From positions 160,001 through 224,000 of the forward strand of contig CAWJCS010000004.1 of NCBI GenBank assembly GCA_963841435.1: a stretch of DNA of 64,000 nucleotides. Reading direction: 5' to 3'. Position 1 is the first letter of the stretch. Each line of letters starts with the position of its first letter. The position numbers were made by a program, and so were the translations under genes. This DNA comes from an uncultured delta proteobacterium. GTDB taxonomy: Bacteria > Myxococcota_A > Polyangia > Polyangiales > Polyangiaceae. This document shows, in pieces, positions 20,594-29,911 of this stretch. Below the pieces are notes generated by a model that was not told the origin of the DNA, did no database searches, and was given only the letters and a program-made list of their open reading frames with translations.

Positions 20594-21511
20594 ATGGCCG
20601 AGCTCCACGAGGTCCATGGCACTCGACGTTCCCATCTGCTCGCCGAGCACCTGGTGGGCAGGAGCACCCAGTGCGCGTTGCGGCTCGCCCAGAATTACGT
20701 TTCGGCGCAACACGCGCTCGTGCGGTGGAACGGTGCGGGGTGGGAGCTCATCGACCGTGGCAGCCGCAACGGCACGCATCTCGACGGCACTCTCCTGCGT
20801 CCGGGGCGCGCCTATCCGCTGCGCCAAGGCTCTCGGATCGCGTTTGGCAGCGTGAACGATTGTTGGGAGCTCGTCGATGCAACCGAACCGCTGGCGGTGG
20901 TCGTTCGACTCGACACCGACGAGCAGCTCTCCAGCGTCGACGGAATCATCGGGATTCCTTCGGCAAGCGACCCGCAGTGCACGCTTTATCGCGGGAGCTC
21001 GGGCCACTGGCAATTGGAGTTTGCCGACGGTCACGCGCTCAGTCTGAGGGAGCGTCACACCTTCACGGTCGGAGGGCAGACGTGGTGCTTTTACGCCCCG
21101 GGACCGGTGACGGCCACTGCGACGGCGGAATTGATCAGTGGCAGGGTGGCACCGGCTCTTTCGTTCGCCGTGTCGAGCGACGAAGAGTTCGTGGCGCTTT
21201 CACTCGAGTACGAGGATCGCGTCATCGAGCTCGGCTCTCGGGCCCACAACTACCTCTTGCTCGTTCTGGCGCGCGCGCGCATCACCGACCGCGAGGGTGG
21301 GGTCTCCGAGGGGGAGTGCGGCTGGACCACGAAGGACCAGCTCGCCGAAGATCTCAAGGTCAGCCCGCCCCAGGTGGATGGGGAAGTGTTTCGTATTCGG
21401 AAGCACTTCGCGCAGCATGGCCCGGACGAGGCGGCCACCGTCATCGAGCGGCGACCCGGGACCCGCCAGCTCCGTCTCGGGTTCTCCCGCATCCACATCC
21501 AGGAACGCTAG
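20594..21511 (+). CDS. FHA domain protein with C-terminal winged-helix DNA-binding domain
   Basis: VGRS...VSAQHA...DRGSRNGT (FHA); C-terminal VDGEVFRIRKHF...VIERRPG (OmpR-like wHTH). Confidence 0.85.
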   Translation: MAELHEVHGTRRSHLLAEHLVGRSTQCALRLAQNYVSAQHALVRWNGAGWELIDRGSRNGTHLDGTLLRPGRAYPLRQGSRIAFGSVNDCWELVDATEPLAVVVRLDTDEQLSSVDGIIGIPSASDPQCTLYRGSSGHWQLEFADGHALSLRERHTFTVGGQTWCFYAPGPVTATATAELISGRVAPALSFAVSSDEEFVALSLEYEDRVIELGSRAHNYLLLVLARARITDREGGVSEGECGWTTKDQLAEDLKVSPPQVDGEVFRIRKHFAQHGPDEAATVIERRPGTRQLRLGFSRIHIQER

Positions 21512-21574
21512 TGCGGCGCGCCACCCGTCGAGCGCGGTCCGGCCAGAGCGGGCGGACCGGGATCGGGCATGCAG

Positions 21575-21658
21575 CTAGGTTTGGGCCTGCGACGTTTCGA
21601 GCTTGACCAGAAGCTCGGCCAGCTGTTTCTGCTCGGCGGTCGATAGCGCGCCGTCCAT
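21575..21658 (-). pseudogene. 3' remnant of a probable MarR-family regulator (MDGALSTAEQKQLAELLVKLETSQAQT*)
   Basis: LSxxExxQLxxLLxKL is typical of the MarR C-terminal helix; abuts the next relic back-to-back. Confidence 0.5.
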
Positions 21659-21887
21659 CGACGAGCACGACGCTGCCCGCAAGCAGGCCGGGATCATCGG
21701 CTACGCCGTCAACCGCCGCGCCGACAAACCGAACACGGTGGTGGTCTACCTACAGGCCGAATCGCTCGACCAGCTGAAGGCGTTCGCGTCGTCGCCGGAT
21801 CTCAAGGCGGCGATGCAGAAGGCCGGCGTCGTCGGCGCGCCGCAGATCAACTTCGTCCAGGGTCAGGACTGGGCCGTCTACGAGTAG
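21657..21887 (+). pseudogene. 5'-truncated small dimeric alpha/beta-barrel (ABM/cyclase-like) protein
   Basis: DEHDAARKQAGI...DKPNTVVVYL...FASSPDLKAAMQKAGVVGAP; the expected N-terminal strand and start codon are missing. Confidence 0.6.
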
Positions 21888-21907
21888 CCGGGGCCCGGTG
21901 GCCGCGG

Positions 21908-24091
21908 CTATTTTCCCCGTGGCGGCTCGCTTTCGGTTGTTCGCTCGGACGATGGCGCCATTTCGCCACCGCGAGGTTCGAGCCTCAAGCCGCGCCGCAG
22001 CTCGTCGAACAGGTCGCGCTCCTTGCGGCGTGGTCCGCTCGACCCTTCGACGAGCAGCGCCGCGAAGAGCAGCGAGCAGACGGGCGCCGGCAGGACGTTC
22101 TCGAGGTACTCGAGCGCAGTACCGCGCAGGCGCTCGTCCTTGCTCGAAAGCGCGCTGCGCGCGAGGCGAAACGCCTCGGGATCGAACGCAAGGCCGAGCA
22201 CACCCAGCGCATGATCAGCGCGTTTTTCCGCCGCTGCTTCTTCGCCCGAGAGCTCGCGAGTGGCGACCGACACCGCCGTCTCCCGAGTCACGGGGGAGGC
22301 GACGCCCCTATGCAACATCTCCTCGAGGCCCTGCTCGACGTGCACCCGCACGTCGAAGTCCGGGTCTTGAAGGGCCCGCGCGAGGGCTGCCGCGGCCCGC
22401 TCGCCGCGTGCGTTCGTGAGCACGCGGACCAAGCGTCGCCGTACGGTAGGAGAGAAGTTTCGGTGGTCGAGCAACGCGTCGGCGAGCTGACCCGTGATGT
22501 GTTCGGCGAGTCTTCCCAGCGTCTGCATGGCCTCGGCACCGACGTCATCGCGTTCCACGAGCGGAATCACGAGGGTGGCAAGGGGGGGCTCGACCGCCCG
22601 GAGCGCGCTCCGCACCCGTTCGGGATCCCTGGAAAGTAGGTTCGAAACCACGAGCGGCAAGCCGCGCAGCGGGCTCGTTTCGGCGCGCGTTCGCGACCGA
22701 AGGGCGTCGTTCCCAAGGGCTCGGGCGAGTCGCTCCGCTGGTGGCGGGTCCTTTTGGAGCTGCTCGATTTCGCCGAGCAGCCGGTTGCGATCGAGGTGGC
22801 CCAGCGTCTGCGACAGGGTCAAGCGGGTCGTGCGATCGTGAACCTCGGAGTCATCGAGCACCGTCACTCCGCTGCGCAAGCTCGCAGCAAGCTCGACGAC
22901 GTACCCTTGATACAAGCGAGCTGCGAGGACGAAGGTCCCGACGGCGAGCAACACTGCCGAAAGTGTCGCGCCCGCGATCGCGGCCGTCGGCACCAAGAGG
23001 ACCAGCCCCCAGCACAGGGCGCTGCCCAGCGCGTCGCCGAGCTTGTCGAACATCACGTCGATCAGCGACTTGGTCGAACGTTTTCGGTCCTCGGAGAGCG
23101 GGGTGTAGAGGGGCTCGTAGGCGGAACGAAAGAGCGAGCTCGTCAAAGCGCCGTCCGCGCCCCTGAGGAACGTCTGGGTCCCGAGACCAGGGACCAAGAG
23201 TGCGAAGAGCCCCGAAATCGCCACGACTCCCGGTAGGCCGGCCAGCGCGACGCCGAGGCCGGCCTTATCGAGCAGGGGCGGTGTCGCGAAGCATTGCACC
23301 AGAAAGCTCGTGACGCTGACGGCCATGTAGAAAATCGAGAAAAACTTTACGAGCGCCGCGGCGTCTCGGAAGTGTTCCATCGCGCGCGCCTTGAACGCAA
23401 AGTCCATGGCGCTCGAAGCGAGCGCGGTGAGTCCGACGAAGAGGGCGAGATCACGCAGGTAGCGAGAGTCGAGCGTGGCGTTCCGCGGGGTCTGGGGGAC
23501 GGGTGGCGCCAGGGCGGCTCGGGTGCGCAAGAGCCAGATGGGAAGCGCTGCGCAAGCGCTCATCATGCAGAGCGCCAGCAAGGTGTGGCGCGCCTCCGTC
23601 CAAGCCGACACTCGCTCCGCCGCCAGGGCCCCGAGAAATCCCCCGACGCTCGCGCCGAGTCCGATGCGGGCGACCGCCAGGCGGAGGGTGCGCGGGTCGA
23701 AGCGCTCGTTGACTACCGACCAGAATCCGCTCACGACGAGGCCGGCGACGGCTGAAACGTGGAGGTAGAGGATCAAGGCCACCGTGCGGGGAGCCGTCTC
23801 GAATGCAGCGTGCTCCAGCGCGAAACCCAAGGCGCTCGCGAACAGCAGTGACATCACGCTTCGCACGGGTCCGAAGGCGCGAAAGATCCGGGAGGCGGCG
23901 AGCGCGGTGAGCACGGACAAAAGGGCGCCACCCGTCATGGCCTTGGGCAGGTCGGTCGCGGGAAAATACGCGCAAAACAGCGCGTCCCGGACGGACTTTC
24001 CCGCGACGGTCAGTGCAATCACCACGCTCGAGCAGACCAGTGCTGTCCCGACTGCCGCGCGCGACGCCGGAGGAAAGGGATTCGAAGGCAC
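21908..24091 (-). CDS. NTT (Npt1/Npt2-like) MFS transporter fused to HEAT/ARM repeats
   Basis: GKSVRDALF, SGFWSVVNERFDPR, RSAYEPLYTPL...KSLIDVMFDKLGD; helical C-terminus (LQDPDFDVR, LRGTALEYLEN). Confidence 0.8.
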   Translation of the reverse strand: MPSNPFPPASRAAVGTALVCSSVVIALTVAGKSVRDALFCAYFPATDLPKAMTGGALLSVLTALAASRIFRAFGPVRSVMSLLFASALGFALEHAAFETAPRTVALILYLHVSAVAGLVVSGFWSVVNERFDPRTLRLAVARIGLGASVGGFLGALAAERVSAWTEARHTLLALCMMSACAALPIWLLRTRAALAPPVPQTPRNATLDSRYLRDLALFVGLTALASSAMDFAFKARAMEHFRDAAALVKFFSIFYMAVSVTSFLVQCFATPPLLDKAGLGVALAGLPGVVAISGLFALLVPGLGTQTFLRGADGALTSSLFRSAYEPLYTPLSEDRKRSTKSLIDVMFDKLGDALGSALCWGLVLLVPTAAIAGATLSAVLLAVGTFVLAARLYQGYVVELAASLRSGVTVLDDSEVHDRTTRLTLSQTLGHLDRNRLLGEIEQLQKDPPPAERLARALGNDALRSRTRAETSPLRGLPLVVSNLLSRDPERVRSALRAVEPPLATLVIPLVERDDVGAEAMQTLGRLAEHITGQLADALLDHRNFSPTVRRRLVRVLTNARGERAAAALARALQDPDFDVRVHVEQGLEEMLHRGVASPVTRETAVSVATRELSGEEAAAEKRADHALGVLGLAFDPEAFRLARSALSSKDERLRGTALEYLENVLPAPVCSLLFAALLVEGSSGPRRKERDLFDELRRGLRLEPRGGEMAPSSERTTESEPPRGK

Positions 24092-24290
24092 CGTCGTGAG
24101 TTTGCTCGTAGGACCACGTCGCTGCGCCGCTGGCAAGGCCGCTTGGCGGCGGCCGGAGGGGTGCACCTCATCACCCGATCGTGACTGCGGGTGGGCGACA
24201 ATTCCGCAAATTTTGCGCACCGGGGCGCGCAGCGGGCGCCTCGCGGATCCGGTGTCGAGCGATCGTTGCCCGGGATAGAGTCGCGACGAA

Positions 24291-26387
24291 TTGTCCGATC
24301 CGCCCGAGCCTCACGACGTGGGCCCCGCCGATCGCCGGGCCGTCCGCGTGCCGATGCCGAGCGACGGTTGGCGCAGCCACGCGGGCCTGAGAAAGCAGCT
24401 CCCCTCGCTCTTGGTCTTCCTCCTCGGCGTGGGGCTGACGGGCTTGCTCGTCGCGCTCACCCACGTGAGAAACCGCGAGGGACACCGCGTCGAGTTCGAG
24501 CGCCTGGCGAATCGCACGACGAGCGAGCTCAGAACGAAGCTCGAGCTCCCCCTCGAGGTTCTCCAGTCGATTGCGAGCTTGTTCGACGCCTCCGACGAGG
24601 TCACGCGTCGCGACTTTCACTTGTTCGTCAAGAAGGCGCTCGAGCGCCATCCTGGAACGCGTGCCCTCGAGTGGATTCCCATCGTGCCCGCGGCGGAGCG
24701 TCAGCGCTACGAGGCTCGAGCCCGTGCCGACGGCATGACGACTTTCGAGTTCAAGGAGGAGGGAAGCAACCTGTCTCTCGTCACCGCTCGTCCGCGCGTC
24801 GAGTACATGCCCATCTACTATATGGAGCCGCCCGACCCGACCGCGCTCGGCTTCGATGTCGCGGCGAATCCGTTCAGGCGCGCACCGGCCGATCGCGCGC
24901 GGGAGACCGGCTCCGCGGTCGCCTCCGAGCGAATCCGCCTCGTCGAGGATCCGCCGACGGTCTACTCGGTGGCCGTCTTCTATCCCGTGCGCGGCCACGT
25001 AGCGGGGCAACCGGTAGGAGAGATTTGCGGTTTCGCCGCGGAAGTTTTTCGGGTGCACGCGATCGTCGAGCCGATCGTGCGGGACGTGGTCGGGCAGGGG
25101 ATCGACGTCGTCCTTCAGGACACCGCGGCTTCCGCCGAACGTGGGCTCCTGTTCGAAAGCTCTCCGAATGTCCTCGGCCGCAGTCGCTCGCCGGGCGGCG
25201 AGCGGTACACGGTGAACCTTCCGTTCGCCCATCGCTCGTGGTCGCTCACGTTTTCCACGGAAAGAACGCTCAGCCATCTCCCTTGGGCGACGCTTTTCAC
25301 CGGGCTCGCCGTCAGCGCGCTCTTTGCCCTGATGCTGTCCGCGTCGACGTTGATCTACCGGCTCCGGCGTCAGGTCCACGCTGCCCTTCAGCTCGGCCAG
25401 TACGTCCTCGTGGAGGAGCTCGGCGAAGGCGGCATGGGCGTCGTCTACCGAGCGCGCCACACGATGTTGCGCCGCCCGACCGCCATCAAGCTGCTTCGGC
25501 CCGATCGGCAGGACGCGCAGGACATCTCGAGGTTCGAGCGCGAGGTTCAGCTGACGAGTCGCCTCTCACACCCCAACACCATCGCGGTTTACGACTACGG
25601 CAGGACACCGGAAGGGATCTTTTACTACGCGATGGAGTTCATCGACGGCGTCACGCTCCAGGACCTGGTTGACAGCGACGGCCCCATGCCGATCGCTCGC
25701 GCGGTTCGCATCCTCATCCAGGTCTGCGGTGCGCTGGCAGAGGCTCACGCTGCCGGTATCGTTCACCGTGACGTGAAGCCGGCGAACCTGATGGTGATGG
25801 AACGTGGGGGCATTCCCGATTTCGTCAAGGTCCTCGACTTCGGGCTCGTCAAGCAGACTGCCGCCGAGGGTTCGCCGTTCGCCTCGCGCGGCACGCCGCT
25901 GCTCGGGACGCCGCTGTACCTCTCCCCCGAGGCCATCTCGTCGGGCGTCGTGGATGCACGCGCCGACCTCTACTCCCTCGGCGCCGTGGCCTACTTCTTG
26001 ATCAGCGGCGTCACCGTCTTCGAGGGCGAGAACCTCGTCGAGATCTGCGCCGAGCACCTCTACACGGCGCCGGTCGCCCCGTCGTTGCGCACCAAGGCGC
26101 CGGTGCCCGCCTCGGTCGACGCGCTCATCCTTCGGTGTCTCGAAAAGAACCCGGACGAGCGCCCGGCCTCCGCCGTCGCGCTTCAGGTCGCGCTCAGGGC
26201 CATCGAAGCGGAGGTCGGCGCCTTCAGCGACGACGACGCGCGCGCGTGGTGGCAAGCGCGCGGCCGTGCGCTCGTCGCGGAGCGGAGAGCGCGGCGCCAC
26301 AAAGCGGTCCTGGACCCCGTCGCTGCCTCGGTCACCGTTGCCGTCGATTCGGAGTGGGAGCGAAGGCAAGAAAAGACTCCACTTTGA
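24291..26387 (+). CDS. Membrane Ser/Thr kinase with periplasmic CHASE sensor domain
   Basis: TM-CHASE (ALEWIPIV, YMPIYYMEP, ALGFDV, RARETG)-TM-kinase (GEGGMGVV, TAIK, HRDVKPAN, DFG, YLSPE). Start may be 24354. Confidence 0.9.
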   Translation: MSDPPEPHDVGPADRRAVRVPMPSDGWRSHAGLRKQLPSLLVFLLGVGLTGLLVALTHVRNREGHRVEFERLANRTTSELRTKLELPLEVLQSIASLFDASDEVTRRDFHLFVKKALERHPGTRALEWIPIVPAAERQRYEARARADGMTTFEFKEEGSNLSLVTARPRVEYMPIYYMEPPDPTALGFDVAANPFRRAPADRARETGSAVASERIRLVEDPPTVYSVAVFYPVRGHVAGQPVGEICGFAAEVFRVHAIVEPIVRDVVGQGIDVVLQDTAASAERGLLFESSPNVLGRSRSPGGERYTVNLPFAHRSWSLTFSTERTLSHLPWATLFTGLAVSALFALMLSASTLIYRLRRQVHAALQLGQYVLVEELGEGGMGVVYRARHTMLRRPTAIKLLRPDRQDAQDISRFEREVQLTSRLSHPNTIAVYDYGRTPEGIFYYAMEFIDGVTLQDLVDSDGPMPIARAVRILIQVCGALAEAHAAGIVHRDVKPANLMVMERGGIPDFVKVLDFGLVKQTAAEGSPFASRGTPLLGTPLYLSPEAISSGVVDARADLYSLGAVAYFLISGVTVFEGENLVEICAEHLYTAPVAPSLRTKAPVPASVDALILRCLEKNPDERPASAVALQVALRAIEAEVGAFSDDDARAWWQARGRALVAERRARRHKAVLDPVAASVTVAVDSEWERRQEKTPL

Positions 26388-26536
26388 AGCGTGGCTCGGC
26401 CGGCGGGCTCGACGGGACCCGGATCGCCCGGGATGGCCGTGGGGCAGGGGTCGCCGAACTGGGATTCGAAGACTAGTCGCATGCGCGGGTTGACCACGCG
26501 GCGTTTCCGTGCTGCCCTCGCCGCGGAGCCAGGCCC

Positions 26537-27922
26537 GTGACCGACCCGACCGACACCGAGCCAGACGAAAGGTCGCTCGTCGAGAGGACGCTCGGCCTGT
26601 TCGCGCAGGTGCGAGCGGGCGAGGGCCCGACGGCGCTCCTTTTGGCGCTCAACGTCTTCGTTTTGTTGACGGCCTACTACATCATCAAACCCGTGCGGGA
26701 GGCGCTGATCCTCGCGCTCGATTCCGGCGCCGAGTACAAGTCGTACATGAGCGCCGCCATCGCGGCGTTGCTCGTCGTGTGCGTGCCTGCCTACGCGCGC
26801 CTCTCGGACCGCGTTCCGAAGCTTCGCTTGGTGGTTGGGGCGAGCCTCTTTTTCGCGTCGCACCTGGTCTTGTTCTGGCTCGCGGGCCTCTACCCCGAGC
26901 TGCGCACGCGGCTTGGGCTCGTCTTCTACGCCTGGGTCGGCGTCTTCAACATGATGGTCGTGGCGCAGTTCTGGGCGTTCGCCAACGATTTTTACGACGA
27001 GGAACGTGGCAAACGGCTGTTCCCGCTCGTGGCGCTCGGTGCGTCGCTCGGGGCGGCGCTGGGCGCGAAGATCGCGGGGTCGTTGATTCCCTTGTTCGGC
27101 GTGCTGACCATGCTGCTCGTGGCGGCGGGCTCGCTCGTGCTGTGTGCGGGGCTCTTCGTGCTCGCCGACCGCGGCCGCTCGCGTCGGACCGAGTCGGCAT
27201 CTCCCCGGGGCGCGGCGGAAGCGGATCGGGGGGGGGCGTTCGCGCTCGTTTTCGGCCATCGCTACCTGCTCCTGCTCGCGGCGCTGTCGCTCCTTTTCAG
27301 CGCGGTCAACACCAACGGCGAGTACATCCTGGGCAAGCTCGTCAAAGCCGCTGCGGTGGAGGCCACCGTGAGGGGCGAGATCAGCGCCGCCGACCAGGGC
27401 CGATTCATCGGCGCGTTCTACGGGGACTTCTTCTTCTGGGTGAACCTGCTCGGGGTGCTCTTGCAGTCGTTTGCGGTCTCGCGCATCGTGAAATACCTGG
27501 GACTTCGCGTGGGACTGCTCGCGTTGCCCGTGATTGTGCTCGGCAACTCGGTCGCGCTCTTGATCGCGCCCATCCTCGCCGTCGTGCGAGTCGGCAAGGT
27601 GCTCGAAAACGGCACCGACTATTCGCTACACAACACCGTGCGGCAAATGCTCTGGCTGCCGACGAGCCAAGCCATGAAGTACAAGGCAAAGCAGGCCGTC
27701 AACACGTTCTTCGTGCGAATGGGCGACGTGAGCTCGGCGCTGCTCGTCTTCCTCGGGACCACGCTGTGGGCGTGGGGGGTCAGGGCCTTCGTCGTTTGCA
27801 ACACGGTGATCGTCCTCGGCTGGCTGGTCACGGTGCTCGCCATTCTGCGCGAGAACTCCCGTTTGCACGCGAGCAGGGCTGCGCCAACCCCCGGGTCTCC
27901 CGCCCGCGCCGATGCGAAGTAG
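26537..27922 (+). CDS. NTT (Npt1/Npt2, ATP/ADP translocase-like) MFS transporter
   Basis: LLTAYYIIKPVREALIL, AQFWAFANDFY...GKRLFP, TDYSL...RQMLWLPTS...KYKAKQAVNTFFVRMGD. Confidence 0.88.
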   Translation: MTDPTDTEPDERSLVERTLGLFAQVRAGEGPTALLLALNVFVLLTAYYIIKPVREALILALDSGAEYKSYMSAAIAALLVVCVPAYARLSDRVPKLRLVVGASLFFASHLVLFWLAGLYPELRTRLGLVFYAWVGVFNMMVVAQFWAFANDFYDEERGKRLFPLVALGASLGAALGAKIAGSLIPLFGVLTMLLVAAGSLVLCAGLFVLADRGRSRRTESASPRGAAEADRGGAFALVFGHRYLLLLAALSLLFSAVNTNGEYILGKLVKAAAVEATVRGEISAADQGRFIGAFYGDFFFWVNLLGVLLQSFAVSRIVKYLGLRVGLLALPVIVLGNSVALLIAPILAVVRVGKVLENGTDYSLHNTVRQMLWLPTSQAMKYKAKQAVNTFFVRMGDVSSALLVFLGTTLWAWGVRAFVVCNTVIVLGWLVTVLAILRENSRLHASRAAPTPGSPARADAK

Positions 27923-27944
27923 CGTCGTGCTTTTTCGTTTCGGC

Positions 27945-28979
27945 ATGATGGCGGTAGATAGCTTCCGCGCTCGCGCTCGATCGTGCAGCCCACGTCGGGG
28001 CGATCGTGGTACACGGGCGGTCCCGAAAGGAAATCGCCTGCGAACTCTCGCATTGCCGCTTGGTCTCCTCTGCTTGGCAACGCCCGTCGTCGCCGTGGCG
28101 AGCCCCGTCGAGCCGCCTTTCGTGCCGGGCGGCAACCTCGAGGAGATCGCGCCGCCGCCGGCCGCTCGCATGCCGGAGAAGGACGACCCGCCGCGCGAGC
28201 CGCTGCGCTGGCGATGGTCGAGGTTTTCCACGGCCGAGTATTTCGTCAGCGGGGCTGCCGGCGCCGTCACGCTCGGTGCTGCCGTCGTAACGCCTCGTCG
28301 CCAGCACTCGCTGAACGGAGGCATTCTCTTCGACGACGCCGTGCGCGACGCGCTGCGCCCGGCGAGTCTCGAGACGCGCTACGAGTTTCGCGACGCCTCG
28401 GACGTCGGGGTTTCGCTGCTGGTCAGCTGGCCGTTGCTCGTGGATTCGCTCGCCACCGCCTGGTGGCACCGTGGAAGCCGCGACGCCGCGGAACAGATGG
28501 CCCTGATCGACCTCGAAACGTTGGCGATCAGCGGAGCCGTGCAAGGGATGACGAACGTGCTCGTGAGCCGCGAGCGACCCTACGGCCCGGACTGCGGCTC
28601 CCAGCTTCCTGGCGACGCGCTCGATTGCGTCCGGTCGTTTCGCTATCGAAGCTTCTTCAGCGGCCACACCGCATTCGGCTTCACGGGGGCGGCGCTGATT
28701 TGCATGCACCATTTCCAGGCCGAGCTGCTCGGCGCACCCTGGGACGCGCTGAGCTGTGCCGGGGGCTACGCCGTTGCCACGGCGACCAGCACCTTTCGGG
28801 TCGTGAGCGACGTGCACTACGCGACCGACGTCGTCGCGGGGATGCTCACCGGGACGCTGATCGGCTACGGCGTACCACTTCTGCACTACGCTTTTCCCCA
28901 GACGAACGCCGAGGACGCTCGCCTGATGCTGCGGATCGTGCCCGTCGCGGGCGGGGTCGGAGTGCTGGGGGTCTTTTGA
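27945..28979 (+). CDS. PAP2 family phosphatase with N-terminal signal-like segment
   Basis: Motifs C1 SRERPY, C2 SFFSGHTA, C3 RVVSDVHYATDV. Start uncertain. Confidence 0.88.
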   Translation: MMAVDSFRARARSCSPRRGDRGTRAVPKGNRLRTLALPLGLLCLATPVVAVASPVEPPFVPGGNLEEIAPPPAARMPEKDDPPREPLRWRWSRFSTAEYFVSGAAGAVTLGAAVVTPRRQHSLNGGILFDDAVRDALRPASLETRYEFRDASDVGVSLLVSWPLLVDSLATAWWHRGSRDAAEQMALIDLETLAISGAVQGMTNVLVSRERPYGPDCGSQLPGDALDCVRSFRYRSFFSGHTAFGFTGAALICMHHFQAELLGAPWDALSCAGGYAVATATSTFRVVSDVHYATDVVAGMLTGTLIGYGVPLLHYAFPQTNAEDARLMLRIVPVAGGVGVLGVF

Positions 28980-29878
28980 GCCTCGCTCGTGCTTCGGTCC
29001 TTTCGGCACTCGTCGGCAGCGCGGTCCTGGCCACGCCCTGTCGCGTGAGAGCCGATCCGGCGCCGCCCGAAGCGGAGTCGGCCATTGTGGATACCGAGCG
29101 GCCGCCTCTGGGACTGTTCCCGACTTCCGAGGATGCGCTGATCGACCCCACGATGGCGCGCTCCTGGGCCGCCGCGCCGCCGCGCCTGTTTTTGTCGACG
29201 ATGTTCGACGTGGGCTTCGTGTACGTGAGACCGCGCGTTTCGGTCGGCTATGGTCAACCCTTCACGCGCTGGGTGGGCGTGGACGTGAACCCGATCGTGA
29301 CGAGCTCCGGGCTCGGCATGTACGGGGGAGTGCGCGGCGCGGTCCCCCACGTCGACATGCGGGTTGGCCCCCGCGCGTTTTGGGCATTCTCCCACACCTA
29401 TCTCGACCCGAAGGCGAGCTACGACCGGATCGACCTCGAGACCAGCACCGGAACGAAAGCCCACGTCGTCACCTACGAGGCAGAGCTCGACGCGTCGCTC
29501 CCGCTCGGCCCAGGTGAGGTCTTGGTGCGCGCCAGTGCCTCCTACCTGACGGGGGTCCCCGTTGGCCGGCTCGTGTTCGAGGAGACGCTGCACGCGATCG
29601 TCGAGCCGCCATTCGTCTGGCGTGCGCGCCTCGGCTACGCGTTCCGGCTCGGCGGCTCCTCGCAGCACTCGATCGGATTCGTGGCCAACGTCCTGGACGT
29701 TCCCAAGCGGGACGATTCCATCACCTTGCGCGTGGGCCCCGTGCTTCGGCTCGTTCTGTCCCGACGCGTGGAAATACGGGGTAGCTTCGTCGCGACCGCC
29801 ATCAGCCCCGATCACATCGGACTCGTCGGCGGTGACTTCACGGAGCTCGGCGTCCGCTACCGCTGGGCAACCGAGTGA
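28976..29878 (+). CDS. Hypothetical secreted beta-rich (probable outer-membrane barrel) protein
   Basis: Signal peptide ...PCRVRA; alternating amphipathic strands ending ELGVRYRW; TTGA overlap with the PAP2 gene. Confidence 0.65.
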   Translation: MSLARASVLSALVGSAVLATPCRVRADPAPPEAESAIVDTERPPLGLFPTSEDALIDPTMARSWAAAPPRLFLSTMFDVGFVYVRPRVSVGYGQPFTRWVGVDVNPIVTSSGLGMYGGVRGAVPHVDMRVGPRAFWAFSHTYLDPKASYDRIDLETSTGTKAHVVTYEAELDASLPLGPGEVLVRASASYLTGVPVGRLVFEETLHAIVEPPFVWRARLGYAFRLGGSSQHSIGFVANVLDVPKRDDSITLRVGPVLRLVLSRRVEIRGSFVATAISPDHIGLVGGDFTELGVRYRWATE

Positions 29879-29911
29879 GGGGTCGGTTTCGTCGCGAAAA
29901 CGTGCTTGCTC

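Noticed and set aside
24205-24217. Palindrome CGCAAA-T-TTTGCG between the divergent NTT and kinase genes
   Set aside because: Too short and single-copy to support, and there is no adjacent regulator.
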